From a virus, in IMG/VR virus record IMGVR_UViG_3300043639_000022, positions 1 through 53,966 of that record: 53,966 nucleotides of DNA; one strand, written 5' to 3'. The stretch's first letter is position 1. Each line of letters opens with the position of its first letter. A program made the translations under genes and the position numbers. The notes beneath the pieces were generated by a model, which saw only the letters and a program-made list of their open reading frames with translations, searched no databases and was not told the DNA's origin. Shown here piece after piece: positions 1 to 8,809 of this stretch.

Positions 1-127
1 AGACCTTTCCAGAATCCACCACCGGAACCTGTTCCCACGTTGCCAAGCATGTCTCCAAGTCCTTCAGCGAGTCGTCTGAGAAACGATTGCTCAAGTACCT
101 GAATCAACCCTTGAGCCATTGTCGCAA
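1..127. repeat. Terminal overlap, copy 1 (identical to 53840-53966); contig closes into a 53,839-bp circle
   Basis: Read directly: agacctttccagaatccacc...ttgagccattgtcgcaa is present at both ends. The repeat lies inside one continuous minus-strand reading frame (tape measure). Confidence 0.95.
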
Positions 128-1718
128 GTCCCGCCTTAACACCTTTGCTGAATCCGGCTTCAATGCTGTCACTGAAGATCGATGTTAACTGGTGTCCGAG
201 ATCGCGCAGTTGGTCACGCATCTTGGCGATCCTATCTCGGTTGCCCTGCTCTGCTGCTGTGGCAATTCGTGGGCGTGATGCACCGTCGGCCATACTTCGT
301 TTACGAGTGCCTGATGCCTCCAATGTACCGAAGGCACTGCCACCACCGAGATCGAAGTAATCTAATCCCGTAATGTCTGCCATCGAGCGACGACGACCAC
401 CAGACTGAGCCACGAGATCCGCGAACTCTTGAACCCGCCTGTTCATCTCTTGAAGTTGGCCCTCGATGATGGTGCGCTCGCGGGTAAGACCTAATACTAT
501 TTTCCCGTAGACGCTCCCGCCACCGAGTTCCTTGAAGATAATCTCTGCCGCATCGCTACTACCGCCGCCGCCGCCTCCTCTTCCGCCACCCCCACCGCCG
601 CCTCCTGAACCCCCACCACCACTAGGTGCTGATATTCGAGCCTTGAATGGATTGATCCCACGAAGACTAGGAGGACGAATACCGCCGCTCAACCTGTTCA
701 TCATGGTCAGCATCGACGTTGGGCCACCTGGTACTGACGGCGTGGATCCAAGCGCATTAAGTCCTTGCGCTGCAAGACCGGGAATCGTTAACCATCTAAT
801 GCTGAAGTCAGCAAGTTGACCGAGCATCATGCCAAGTTCGCTATGCACAACAACGCTCAGACCTCGAAGGACATTAGCGATAGACGTTCCCCACGATATC
901 CATTGATCTTTGTTCTTTTTTAGGTTCTCAGAAATGCTCACGAGCGCATCGGTAGCAACTGGTAACAGTTCCATGCCGATCGATCGAGTCACAGCTTCGA
1001 GTTGGAGCGTGGTTTCTTCCAGTAGGTCGTTGAACTTGTCGCTCGCTTGCGCTGCGTCCTTCCCGATAACCAAGCCTAGCTCTTTGTATTTCTTGATCGC
1101 TTCGTCAAGGTTGCCATTTGTCTCTTTAACGATTGCTAAGACCGCTGCACCGGAACGCCCGAACAGTTTCGTCGCTATCTCTACACCCTTTTGCGTGTCA
1201 CCGTACTTAGCAAGCACCGTGACTGCCTGGCGTAATGCTTTCTCATTATCTCGCGTGTCAATGTTGAGGCTCTTGAACAGTTCACCTTGCTTGCTCGTCG
1301 CGTCCTGAGCCGCGCCCATGTTCTTCTGAAAGATAATCAGCGAACCTGAGAGTGCCTGAATGTCCGTGCCAGTTGTTTTAGCCACGATGGAGAGGCCGGA
1401 AAGCGTCTCGACTGCAAAGCTGGTCTTTTGTGAGAGGTCAAACAGTTCGCCACCGGCTTTAGCTGAGGACTTCACCAACTCAAACAGTCCCGCCGCAACT
1501 CCACCAATGGCCGATGCTGCGGCAATCGCCGCACCCCCCGCGATGGCTAGCGGCCCCGCAAGTCCAGACACTGCGCCTATCGCAGATGTTGCCCCGCCTG
1601 TCAGTCCCTTGAAGTTAGATTCAAGCGCAAGAACCTTAGCCGCAACGCCCTTTGCACCCGCTTCAAACTTGCGAGTGTCTGCGTCAAAGACTGCTGTGAG
1701 TCGTCCGAATTCAGCCAT
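1..1718 (-). CDS. Tail tape measure protein, N-terminal about 572 codons (runs off the left edge, continues at 53839 by circular closure; whole gene about 691 aa)
   Basis: Manual translation from ATG 1718: MAEFGRLTAVFDADTRKFEAGAKGVAAKVLALESNF...KLFGRSGAAVLAIVKETNG...SAPSGGGGSGGGGGGGGRGGGGGGSS...ATMAQGLIQVLEQSF. Absent from the ORF track because it has no stop inside the window. Sits directly after the G/GT chaperone genes. The frame matches ORF 53482..53958 through the 127-bp overlap. Confidence 0.85.
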   Translation of the reverse strand, partial: MAEFGRLTAVFDADTRKFEAGAKGVAAKVLALESNFKGLTGGATSAIGAVSGLAGPLAIAGGAAIAAASAIGGVAAGLFELVKSSAKAGGELFDLSQKTSFAVETLSGLSIVAKTTGTDIQALSGSLIIFQKNMGAAQDATSKQGELFKSLNIDTRDNEKALRQAVTVLAKYGDTQKGVEIATKLFGRSGAAVLAIVKETNGNLDEAIKKYKELGLVIGKDAAQASDKFNDLLEETTLQLEAVTRSIGMELLPVATDALVSISENLKKNKDQWISWGTSIANVLRGLSVVVHSELGMMLGQLADFSIRWLTIPGLAAQGLNALGSTPSVPGGPTSMLTMMNRLSGGIRPPSLRGINPFKARISAPSGGGGSGGGGGGGGRGGGGGGSSDAAEIIFKELGGGSVYGKIVLGLTRERTIIEGQLQEMNRRVQEFADLVAQSGGRRRSMADITGLDYFDLGGGSAFGTLEASGTRKRSMADGASRPRIATAAEQGNRDRIAKMRDQLRDLGHQLTSIFSDSIEAGFSKGVKAGLATMAQGLIQVLEQSFLRRLAEGLGDMLGNVGTGSGGGFWKG

Positions 1719-2391
1719 TAGAAGTCCGGTATGAAAATCTCCGTGCTCATTGCACCGTTCTCGATAGCTTCATTGCATCTATGCACTCGCGCTTCGTGTC
1801 GCGCTTGCAAAATCACGCGTGCCTCATCCTGTCGGTAAAGAGGAACGCGTGATAAGTTCCAAACTTGAGCACTGCCAAAAAAGTAGATGGCGAGCATGTG
1901 TTCATCTACATAGCTGGGGCGTGTTCTGCTAGTTCCTTTGAGCCATTGGGCATAGCTTCCAACGTCTCCTCGTCCGCCTCTTCCGCCCTTTTTTTTACCG
2001 TCGTCGCGCTATCTAACGCCGCTGTCCAGATACCTTTTACAACCAGAGGCGGGAGTTTCATTAAGACTTCAGATGATGGTTCCAGTGATTCACCGTTCAG
2101 CGTTACATCCCAACCCTTCAAGACCCCACTCGTCAGAAGAGTCGCGTAAATCTCGCGCTCCACTTCCAGTCCCCGAGCGTTCTCCTCGAAGAAGTCTATT
2201 GAGTCCGCTTTCTTGCGCGTTTTCTTTTTCTCTTCGGTCTTCCATTGGCGCATCTTGGTGTCGAACATCTTGCCCACATGTCGAAAGAATTCCGGTGTGA
2301 AGGCATCAATGTTGACTTGTAACTGAACTATCTCGCCCGCCCTCTCGAACGGGACAGAGATAATCGTTTCACTGAATGAAGAGAATTCCAT
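1718..2391 (-). CDS. Tail assembly chaperone GT-like fusion made by -1 programmed frameshift
   Basis: The -1 frame is open from the A8 run (plus-strand T8 at 1989-1996) to TAA 1720-1718, reading KKKGGRGGRGDVGSYAQWLKGTSRTRPSYVDEHMLAIYFFGSAQVWNLSRVPLYRQDEARVILQARHEARVHRCNEAIENGAMSTEIFIPDF. Its stop overlaps the tape measure ATG (TAATG). Confidence 0.65.
1906..2391 (-). CDS. Tail assembly chaperone (G-like)
   Basis: 161-aa acidic ORF between the major tail and tape measure genes. Contains a slippery A8 run near its 3' end. Confidence 0.7.
   Translation of the reverse strand: MEFSSFSETIISVPFERAGEIVQLQVNIDAFTPEFFRHVGKMFDTKMRQWKTEEKKKTRKKADSIDFFEENARGLEVEREIYATLLTSGVLKGWDVTLNGESLEPSSEVLMKLPPLVVKGIWTAALDSATTVKKRAEEADEETLEAMPNGSKELAEHAPAM
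1989..1996 (-). promoter_or_regulatory. Slippery heptamer for -1 ribosomal frameshift (GT A AAA AAA AGG)
   Basis: A8 run in X_XXY_YYZ register within codons V-K-K-R of the chaperone gene. Confidence 0.6.
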
Positions 2392-2394
2392 AAA

Positions 2395-3369
2395 TTAAAG
2401 AGTGGTTAACGTTGTGATCAGCGTGATCTCGAACGCCTTGTTGCCATAAGTCGAGTTGTACTGAGGGAGAAGGTTGAACCCATAGGCCCAAACGCCATCA
2501 GCGTCTTTCTTTTCCGTCCCAATAACCTGAGCCGCGAAATCAATCTTCAGCGTGTAATAGGTAGAGCTTTCGATTAGCGGTCCGGTGATTAGGAAACGGA
2601 TCAACTTGACGGGATTTGACGCCGCCACGACCGCGTCGTAAAGAGTCCTCGCCTGCGAATCGAATTCCATCGTGAACGATGCAGACAGACTCAACGCCGT
2701 CTCAACCGTGTCAACGAAGGACTGATAGGTCGTGTTCAAGACCCAATTCGGTGATTGAATATTAGAGACGCTAAATGACGCCTCCTTAGCAGACGCTACT
2801 TTGGTCGTGCCTATAGTCCCACCGATCGCGTCCATGTAAATATCGACGCCGCGTGCGGTTCCTGGTAATTGACTGATTATCGACGGAGAACTTGAAAGAG
2901 TGCCGGTCGTTGGTGTTCGCCCGACAATGTTCCCTGAAATTGTCGCTCCACTGTCGTTGTAGCTAATACCAAACTCAGTCAGTAGCGCGTAGGCCATTTG
3001 CAGAGCGGCGGTCGAGTCGCCCTCTTGAATGGTGAGAGTCTTGAACGCGTTCGCGCCACTCGCTAACGCAGTAAACAACCATTGATAAGCGAGCGTGCCA
3101 GGATGAGAGATTACTGGCGTCACGATTGTGGAAAGCAGATAGACGATCTCGGTGAAGTTCATTGGCCCCGCCAAACTCCCACCGCCGAAGTCGTGAACGA
3201 TTGGAGCCGCAGTTTGGAGCTTGAAACCCTGCGCTCGAAACTGTTGAACGTCGATATTGCGCGTCAACTGCAAATCCATCGTTGGCAGTTGCTTGTCCGC
3301 AGCTACAGCCGTGCCTTTGGTTGACTCTACGCCAACTTGCACGACCCTGTTAACAGATGCTCTTGCCAT
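2395..3369 (-). CDS. Major tail (tube) protein
   Basis: 324-aa ORF directly upstream of the chaperone and tape-measure genes and downstream of the tail terminator-like gene. Call is by position only. Confidence 0.6.
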   Translation of the reverse strand: MARASVNRVVQVGVESTKGTAVAADKQLPTMDLQLTRNIDVQQFRAQGFKLQTAAPIVHDFGGGSLAGPMNFTEIVYLLSTIVTPVISHPGTLAYQWLFTALASGANAFKTLTIQEGDSTAALQMAYALLTEFGISYNDSGATISGNIVGRTPTTGTLSSSPSIISQLPGTARGVDIYMDAIGGTIGTTKVASAKEASFSVSNIQSPNWVLNTTYQSFVDTVETALSLSASFTMEFDSQARTLYDAVVAASNPVKLIRFLITGPLIESSTYYTLKIDFAAQVIGTEKKDADGVWAYGFNLLPQYNSTYGNKAFEITLITTLTTL

Positions 3370-3381
3370 CGGTGGACTCCT

Positions 3382-3576
3382 TTAGCTCTTCTTAGCTTCT
3401 TCTTTTGCTTCGACTACCGGCGTGAAATTGATTTCCGTGGTGTACAGACCTGATTCTGGACCGGACTCTGCCGGTAGTCTCATGACTGTGTTGACCTGTG
3501 GGCCTTTAGCATCCGGTGAAGTCAAGAACACCTCTGTTCCGTGTGCGGCCTTTAGTACCCGTGCGTTGAGTTTCAT
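3382..3576 (-). CDS. Small hypothetical protein
   Basis: Likely start MKLNARV at 3576, forming an ATGA overlap with the stop of the upstream gene. Confidence 0.4.
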   Translation of the reverse strand: MKLNARVLKAAHGTEVFLTSPDAKGPQVNTVMRLPAESGPESGLYTTEINFTPVVEAKEEAKKS

Positions 3577-4016
3577 ATTGTTGCTCCTATCCAAAGACGG
3601 TACAGACCGCCGAGGTTGTGGTAACGCTTGCCTGTGCTTGGATCAATCTCCGTACGATCAATCGGCTGTTCTCTGCGAGACGTGAAATAGTAGTCGCCAC
3701 TCGGTTGATACATTGCGACCTGAAGAACATCGTCAATGCGCTTCTCAAGTAGCCTCGCATCATCATCAGGACGGCTATCAAATACAACGCGAACCTGAAA
3801 TAAAGGCTCCGAAAAGATTCTCGCCGTACCGAGTCCGTCAACGTCGACGCCACCCATGTAATTGAAAAGGATGTAGGGATACGTTCGATCACTTGGCGTC
3901 TCAGGCGCGTAATCGGCATAGATACGAGTCCCCACTTGAGCCTCAATACCAGTCTCGTCGTGTAGCACGTCATAGAGCCACGCTTTAGCTTGCTGGATTT
4001 CACTAACGTCTCCCAT
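3573..4016 (-). CDS. Tail terminator / tail completion protein (DUF3168-like)
   Basis: 147 aa with the pattern ...VGTRIYADYAPE...YPYILFNYMGG... . Position between the gp10-like gene and the tail tube gene. Confidence 0.5.
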   Translation of the reverse strand: MGDVSEIQQAKAWLYDVLHDETGIEAQVGTRIYADYAPETPSDRTYPYILFNYMGGVDVDGLGTARIFSEPLFQVRVVFDSRPDDDARLLEKRIDDVLQVAMYQPSGDYYFTSRREQPIDRTEIDPSTGKRYHNLGGLYRLWIGATI

Positions 4017-4017
4017 A

Positions 4018-4353
4018 TCATCTCAACACTCGAAGTAATGAGTTGTTTACTTGCTTCTTAGCCGATTCAAACGCTGGGGTGAAGAAAGGTTGAGCATCCA
4101 TGTTGATCGTTCCGTACTCCACGAACGCCGAGTAATCAGCACCGGATTCGATTGTCGCTTTCAGGTCTGCTGATGTTGCTTCGTCTGTCTGTGAAATGTT
4201 GTCGCGCATGTATCCGGTATCAACTGGAGCTAACTGTTGAGCAAGTGATACGCAAGAATCAGCACCTTCATTCAAGACCTCTGCGATGTCCTGTCGCAGG
4301 TGTAGCGATAAGGCTTGCGCGTTGAATCCTGTTTTCTTAATCGTTACGCTCAT
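4018..4353 (-). CDS. HK97 gp10-family head-tail protein
   Basis: Motifs LAPVDTGYMRDNI and ADYSAFVEYGT are typical of the HK97 gp10 family. Confidence 0.65.
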   Translation of the reverse strand: MSVTIKKTGFNAQALSLHLRQDIAEVLNEGADSCVSLAQQLAPVDTGYMRDNISQTDEATSADLKATIESGADYSAFVEYGTINMDAQPFFTPAFESAKKQVNNSLLRVLR

Positions 4354-4742
4354 TTCACAATCTCTGCCGCGACCATCACTAAAGGCGAATACGAATCATC
4401 CATTGTTACCGGACTGAGAAACGTGCGCTCGGCAACGTCTCTAGCGGCAACTACGATCTGTTGATGCGGTTGAATCGCTCGCGTGTTCTCGGTTGCTCTC
4501 ATCGTTAACCTGTGCGTCTGCGTCGTAATCCTTGCCCCTCCAAACTCCAGCATCTTCCGCGTTAGCGGTTCGCAGTAAACTTCAATATCACTTTCAAGGA
4601 TCGTGTCGTCTGCCTCAGTCGTACCACCAAACCCGTCCGGTGTTGACGTGCCTGGTTCGCGTAGTTCGCAGCGATCAAGGAAGTAGTGCATCGCCTCTTC
4701 GACCGCTAATCCCATTTCACTTAAAAGAACTTCTGCGCTCAT
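4350..4742 (-). CDS. Head-tail joining / head closure protein
   Basis: 130 aa. Called from position in the connector module; overlapping stop-start junctions on both sides. Confidence 0.45.
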   Translation of the reverse strand: MSAEVLLSEMGLAVEEAMHYFLDRCELREPGTSTPDGFGGTTEADDTILESDIEVYCEPLTRKMLEFGGARITTQTHRLTMRATENTRAIQPHQQIVVAARDVAERTFLSPVTMDDSYSPLVMVAAEIVK

Positions 4743-5233
4743 GCTCGCACCATTGGAACGCCTGAAGCGTTAACCCTGAGACCGCGTAGTAGTTGATTAA
4801 CCTGTGGCGGCATCGTCCATCCACCACTCTTGAAATCAATCGAGACAGGCCCAATCCTCAAAGAACTCATTGCGCCTGAAAGTGGTTGATCCATCGCCTT
4901 CGATCCCAACAAACTCAGTGCCATCTCGCATGTCGCGTCTTTCACTTGCTTAGGTATCGCAGTCGCGTCGAGATATGAGTAGTAATGACCAGAGTCAGGC
5001 TTCTCGACTCCATAACGCGGCCATTTCAATGCCTGCGTGCTACTCACTCGCGTTCCCAAATAATCAAACCGTTCCAAGTGCGCCGTTGCGAGAATCAAAG
5101 ACTGCTCCTGTTTCTCAGCCGGCGCGTTGTACCAGTTGTCGTTATTGAGGCGATCATCAAAATACGTCTGCGCGTCATCCACGGAGATGTACGAGTTTGA
5201 TGTTTCGCCGCTGATAGTTGAATCAAGTGCCAT
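4739..5233 (-). CDS. Head-tail connector (gp6-like / DnaT_2-type adaptor)
   Basis: N-terminus SYISVDDAQTYFDDR...W...EKQEQSLILATAHLERF.Y.G......QALKWPR matches the connector-adaptor pattern. Confidence 0.6.
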   Translation of the reverse strand: MALDSTISGETSNSYISVDDAQTYFDDRLNNDNWYNAPAEKQEQSLILATAHLERFDYLGTRVSSTQALKWPRYGVEKPDSGHYYSYLDATAIPKQVKDATCEMALSLLGSKAMDQPLSGAMSSLRIGPVSIDFKSGGWTMPPQVNQLLRGLRVNASGVPMVRA

Positions 5234-5236
5234 TGG

Positions 5237-5746
5237 TTAAGCAACTGCAACGAACTGCCACTTCGAGCCGTCTGATGTGAACAATTTGCCGACACCAGTA
5301 GCGTGAGACGTGATAGCCAGCGAGCCCGCCGCTGCTGTTGTAGTAGTTGAGTTGGCTGTGATTGCGGTAGTAAGAGAATAGAATCCTTGACCGCTTGAGA
5401 ACACGACCCCAGGGGATGCCGTCAGCGTCAGCGATACGGCTGTGACGTTACCGCTTGCATCAACGGCGACTCCAGCCAGCGAATCAAGAGCCTGCGTTGC
5501 GGTAGCGGTTGCCTGCGTTACAGCGAGAGTGCCGGCAGTGGGAACCACATTCCATCGAGTAATGACGTTGAATGGCCCGAAGACCGTCGTGCTGCTCGCG
5601 CTAATCGCTGTGGCTCCCAAGCCCACATCGCCCGCTGCGTTGCTAAGGCGAAAAACAATACCCGTCGAGACAGCATCGGCGACGACCGTTAATGCTTCGC
5701 CCGCGGGTAGATAAAAGGTGCGGCTAATTGGCTCAGTTACGTCCAT
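5237..5746 (-). CDS. Ala/Thr/Ser/Gly-rich head-module protein (possible decoration protein)
   Basis: 169 aa, beta-rich composition with a tract TTAITANSTTTTAAAGS. Sits between the capsid gene and the connector genes. Confidence 0.35.
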   Translation of the reverse strand: MDVTEPISRTFYLPAGEALTVVADAVSTGIVFRLSNAAGDVGLGATAISASSTTVFGPFNVITRWNVVPTAGTLAVTQATATATQALDSLAGVAVDASGNVTAVSLTLTASPGVVFSSGQGFYSLTTAITANSTTTTAAAGSLAITSHATGVGKLFTSDGSKWQFVAVA

Positions 5747-5944
5747 TTACTTACCCTTCTTTTCAGTCTTCTTTGCTTCCTGTGCCTGCGCTTCGTGCAA
5801 TATCGCTCGCAGTTTCAAGTGATCCGGTATTGGCCCGACCGCATAGCCAGCATTCCGAAACGCTACTACATCGGCTTGCGGAACATACCTCTCAACTATC
5901 TCGCCGGATTCAGTGAACGCCGGTCCGTGCATTAGTATCGTCAT
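5747..5944 (-). CDS. Small hypothetical protein
   Basis: 65-aa ORF tightly packed in the head module, with a Lys-rich C-terminus. Confidence 0.4.
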   Translation of the reverse strand: MTILMHGPAFTESGEIVERYVPQADVVAFRNAGYAVGPIPDHLKLRAILHEAQAQEAKKTEKKGK

Positions 5945-6705
5945 AAGTTCGGTGCTCCGTTGTGTGACCAGTCTTGAAAGTACTGGAATCGAGGAATAAA
6001 GTTTTTGTCAGGCCACGACACGAGATTCTGAATGTGACCGACGCGAACATGGTTTGCTAGTCGAACTTCCCATCCTGATTCCTCTGCGTTGAGCCAGAAC
6101 CAAACATCTTCATCGATCTGACCGTCTCTCCACTCACCATTGACGTTCGGAACCGCGTTAAACCAGGGCTTAGGTAGTTTCGCCAGTGAAGACACGCGCA
6201 AGATCGTTAGTCCGAAGTGTCCGCAGGTGATCTTTGATAACGGCTTGGATAAATCTAAAAGCGATGGATCACCGGCCCGAATCTTTCCCTCGTTATCACG
6301 AACACCGAACATCGACAAATTCACTTCGCGTCTCACCTGTACCGGAACAATCGCATCTACGTCGGGATTCAATTCCATCAACCCGATCAGAGTCTTTACA
6401 TCTTCCGCCGTAAACACCGAGTCGTAATCGAGGGTAATTGCGTAATCCAGTTCGAGATCCACTGCTTGTTCAAAGAGCAACGTTAACGCCTGGCCCCAAA
6501 AGACCCCTGTATGTGTTGCGACTCCAATCCCTAAAGGCTGAAAGATTTGAGTGATGCAAGACCATGTATCTGTCCATCCCAATCGCGGACAGGACATCAT
6601 GGCGAAGATTCTTAGGACATCTTTCTCTCTTGGAAGCGGAGTGGGTTTAGGGCGTTCCACGATCGCGGATTGCGCCCGCCACCCATCAACAAAGTTTGGA
6701 AGCAT
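5941..6705 (-). CDS. Glycosyltransferase-like protein (GT-A fold candidate) in the head module
   Basis: DxD-like ITLDYDSVF, then CGHFGLTILR, then acidic DEDVWFWLNAEESGWEV...VGH. The order resembles GT2-type motifs. Confidence 0.5.
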   Translation of the reverse strand: MLPNFVDGWRAQSAIVERPKPTPLPREKDVLRIFAMMSCPRLGWTDTWSCITQIFQPLGIGVATHTGVFWGQALTLLFEQAVDLELDYAITLDYDSVFTAEDVKTLIGLMELNPDVDAIVPVQVRREVNLSMFGVRDNEGKIRAGDPSLLDLSKPLSKITCGHFGLTILRVSSLAKLPKPWFNAVPNVNGEWRDGQIDEDVWFWLNAEESGWEVRLANHVRVGHIQNLVSWPDKNFIPRFQYFQDWSHNGAPNL

Positions 6706-6712
6706 AAGTTGA

Positions 6713-6735
6713 GGCGAGAGACCTAGTCTCCCGCC
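6713..6735 (-). other. Stem-loop immediately downstream of the major capsid gene
   Basis: Minus RNA GGCGGGAGAC-UAG-GUCUCUCGCC: 10-bp stem with one G-U pair. No U-tract; the next ATG is 8 nt away. Confidence 0.45.
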
Positions 6736-6741
6736 AATTCG

Positions 6742-7911
6742 TTAGCCAAGTAGAACCGCGATGAAGTCAGGAACCGCAGCCTTCACGCCCCACAGTGCGC
6801 GCAGTTCAAAAGACGACTGCATGTACTGTCCATAGCGAGCGAGCTGGAAGACCAGACCAGAATGCGGATCTTGCACTGTTACCACATCCTCTGCGGAATC
6901 GTCGCCATCATCAGGTGCTCTCATTACGAGGTGCAATGCAGAGCGATGAAGAGCAATGTTACGAGTCGAGGTTGCGGTGGTGGTGATTGCGTGAGTCGCG
7001 GCTGACAATATCCCCTTCAGTCCAGGACGGTTCAGAACCATAGTTCCGCCATCAGCGACCGATGAGTCACCTGTCTTAACCACGTACTTACGAGCGGAGC
7101 CGTCTCCAGTGATTACCACAATGTCACCCGCGACAATGGTTCCGGTTCCTGCCGACGCGAGAGTAAGCGTGGTTGCGCCAACCGCATATCCCGTGTTGTC
7201 GGTAGTGCCGGCTGCCTGAGTGCCCGCCGTGACTGTGGTGATCGGATAAGAGTTGTGGACTTCAAAGCCCATCAATTCCCCAATACTGCCCTTGCGAAGC
7301 GTCTCACTTGAGCCTGCTTCATTGACCTTGAAGAGGTTCGCCTGGACACCGCGAAGGTTAGCCATAGCCGCCGCACCTACAACGAGGTGGCGATCAAGTG
7401 CTGGTGTTCCGTTGTCATCGAGAATGCGAGCAACGCCCGCCACTTCGGTGTAGTTTCCCGATGTAGCAAATGGCGTAGTCGATGCCGCACCGAAAGCAGC
7501 CGAAGCACCTTTGTACGCGGCCACCCACAACGAGTTCTCAATCTCGTTGACAAGCGTTCGCATAGCCTGTTGGAGTGTTTGGCTGATGATGTCCTGATAT
7601 GGCGCAATGTCGCCATTGCTCAAGGCACGTCTCTCTTCACCGGTCCAGTTCCAAGAGACTTTCTTGAGGTTGTCCATCACGAGACTATCTGCGGCCTGGA
7701 TAATGTCAGTGCCAGCAGGTGAAGTCGCGGCTGGACTTACTGATCCAGACGAGAGAGTCGGAACAACTGAATAGTTGACTGTTTGGTTGTATCCGGCACG
7801 ATTGGCGGAAGCGTTTTTGTGACAGGCGGGAATAAAGCCGACCAGTTCACGTCCTACGATATTCGCGCTATCTTGAAGCGTCGGAATAATCGCTGTCAGA
7901 GTGTTAGACAT
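6742..7911 (-). CDS. Major capsid protein (P22 coat-like)
   Basis: 389 aa following the scaffold gene. N-terminal LTAIIPTLQDSANIVGRELVGFIPA resembles the P22-coat family signature. Confidence 0.7.
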   Translation of the reverse strand: MSNTLTAIIPTLQDSANIVGRELVGFIPACHKNASANRAGYNQTVNYSVVPTLSSGSVSPAATSPAGTDIIQAADSLVMDNLKKVSWNWTGEERRALSNGDIAPYQDIISQTLQQAMRTLVNEIENSLWVAAYKGASAAFGAASTTPFATSGNYTEVAGVARILDDNGTPALDRHLVVGAAAMANLRGVQANLFKVNEAGSSETLRKGSIGELMGFEVHNSYPITTVTAGTQAAGTTDNTGYAVGATTLTLASAGTGTIVAGDIVVITGDGSARKYVVKTGDSSVADGGTMVLNRPGLKGILSAATHAITTTATSTRNIALHRSALHLVMRAPDDGDDSAEDVVTVQDPHSGLVFQLARYGQYMQSSFELRALWGVKAAVPDFIAVLLG

Positions 7912-8010
7912 TTGGGAAATCTCCTAAAGTTAAGGGTTAATGAGCCATCTCATCACTGACCTCATCAGTGGAGAAATTCCGCACAACGCCTGACGTTCTG
8001 CGATTAGTTT

Positions 8011-8763
8011 TCAATCTTTTAATGTGCCGCCTTCAGCAAAGAACTTGGAACTTTCAGCGGGCGTCAGAGCCTGCCATTCGGTGCGAGAAATCGTTTTCTT
8101 ACCCGTGCTTTTTGTTTGGGTATTGCCCTGAGCACCACTACCGCCCGCGCCGGTTGCTGTGTAAAACTTTGGCCGCATCTCTTTGTAGAGAGTCTCAAAG
8201 AACGTTTTGGGTGTTACCCCACTAGCCGGATCGCCGTCTTCATCGAGGACAACAATCTTTCCGTCGTCGTCCAACTGAAACCGCTTCGCTGTGTCGAGCA
8301 TCACCAGGTCAAGGTCTTCAGGGAATATCCCTGCCTTCACCGCAATGTCTTTGAGCGGAACTGTCAACCGGTAATGCCTGAGTTGCTGTTCGTACTCACC
8401 GAGCTTGCTTGTTAGAGGTTGCTTCTCAGCCTCGAACCGCTTGCGCTCTTTGTCAAGAAGCTTGTTGAAACGCTCTTCAGCCGCCTTGTCGTCGGTGCTG
8501 GTGTCCTTGCCCTTGTTGGCTCGGAGGGTCAGCAGTTCTTCAATCTCGTCGTCGTCGACTTCAGCGAGCTTCTCGTAGCGTTTAAGAGCCGACTTCGACT
8601 CGTTCAGTTTTCCGAGAATCTCTTGATTCTTTTTCTTGAGTCCTGATGCTCTGAACTCTGAATACTTGTCAGGGTCAAGTTGAAACTTTCCATCTTTCTC
8701 GGTGTAGACCGCCTTTAGCGAGTCGTCTAATCCCTCAAGGGATTCAACTACTATCTCTGGCAT
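8011..8763 (-). CDS. Scaffolding protein
   Basis: 250 aa, highly charged with coiled-coil composition. Sits directly upstream of the capsid gene. Confidence 0.6.
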   Translation of the reverse strand: MPEIVVESLEGLDDSLKAVYTEKDGKFQLDPDKYSEFRASGLKKKNQEILGKLNESKSALKRYEKLAEVDDDEIEELLTLRANKGKDTSTDDKAAEERFNKLLDKERKRFEAEKQPLTSKLGEYEQQLRHYRLTVPLKDIAVKAGIFPEDLDLVMLDTAKRFQLDDDGKIVVLDEDGDPASGVTPKTFFETLYKEMRPKFYTATGAGGSGAQGNTQTKSTGKKTISRTEWQALTPAESSKFFAEGGTLKD

Positions 8764-8809
8764 TCAATTCTCCTCTGCTTGGCTTTGGAGCCTCCCGACT
8801 TTGCCGGGG

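Noticed and set aside
1-127. Interpreting the 127-bp terminal repeat as the biological DTR or packaging terminus
   Set aside because: It lies in the middle of the tape measure coding sequence, and its length equals a common assembler k-mer. The true termini (cos/pac) cannot be read from this sequence.
145-1734. Plus-strand ORFs 145-360, 182-373, 532-819 (poly-Pro), 910-1308 and 1360-1734
   Set aside because: These are shadow frames of the minus-strand tape measure gene. Their low-complexity Pro/Ser/Ala composition mirrors the Gly/Ala-rich coding strand, and they have no RBS context.
3587-4021. Alternative-frame 144-aa minus ORF overlapping 3573-4016
   Set aside because: Arg/Leu/Ser-rich junk-like composition. 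The other frame has the tail-completion pattern and proper stop-start coupling.
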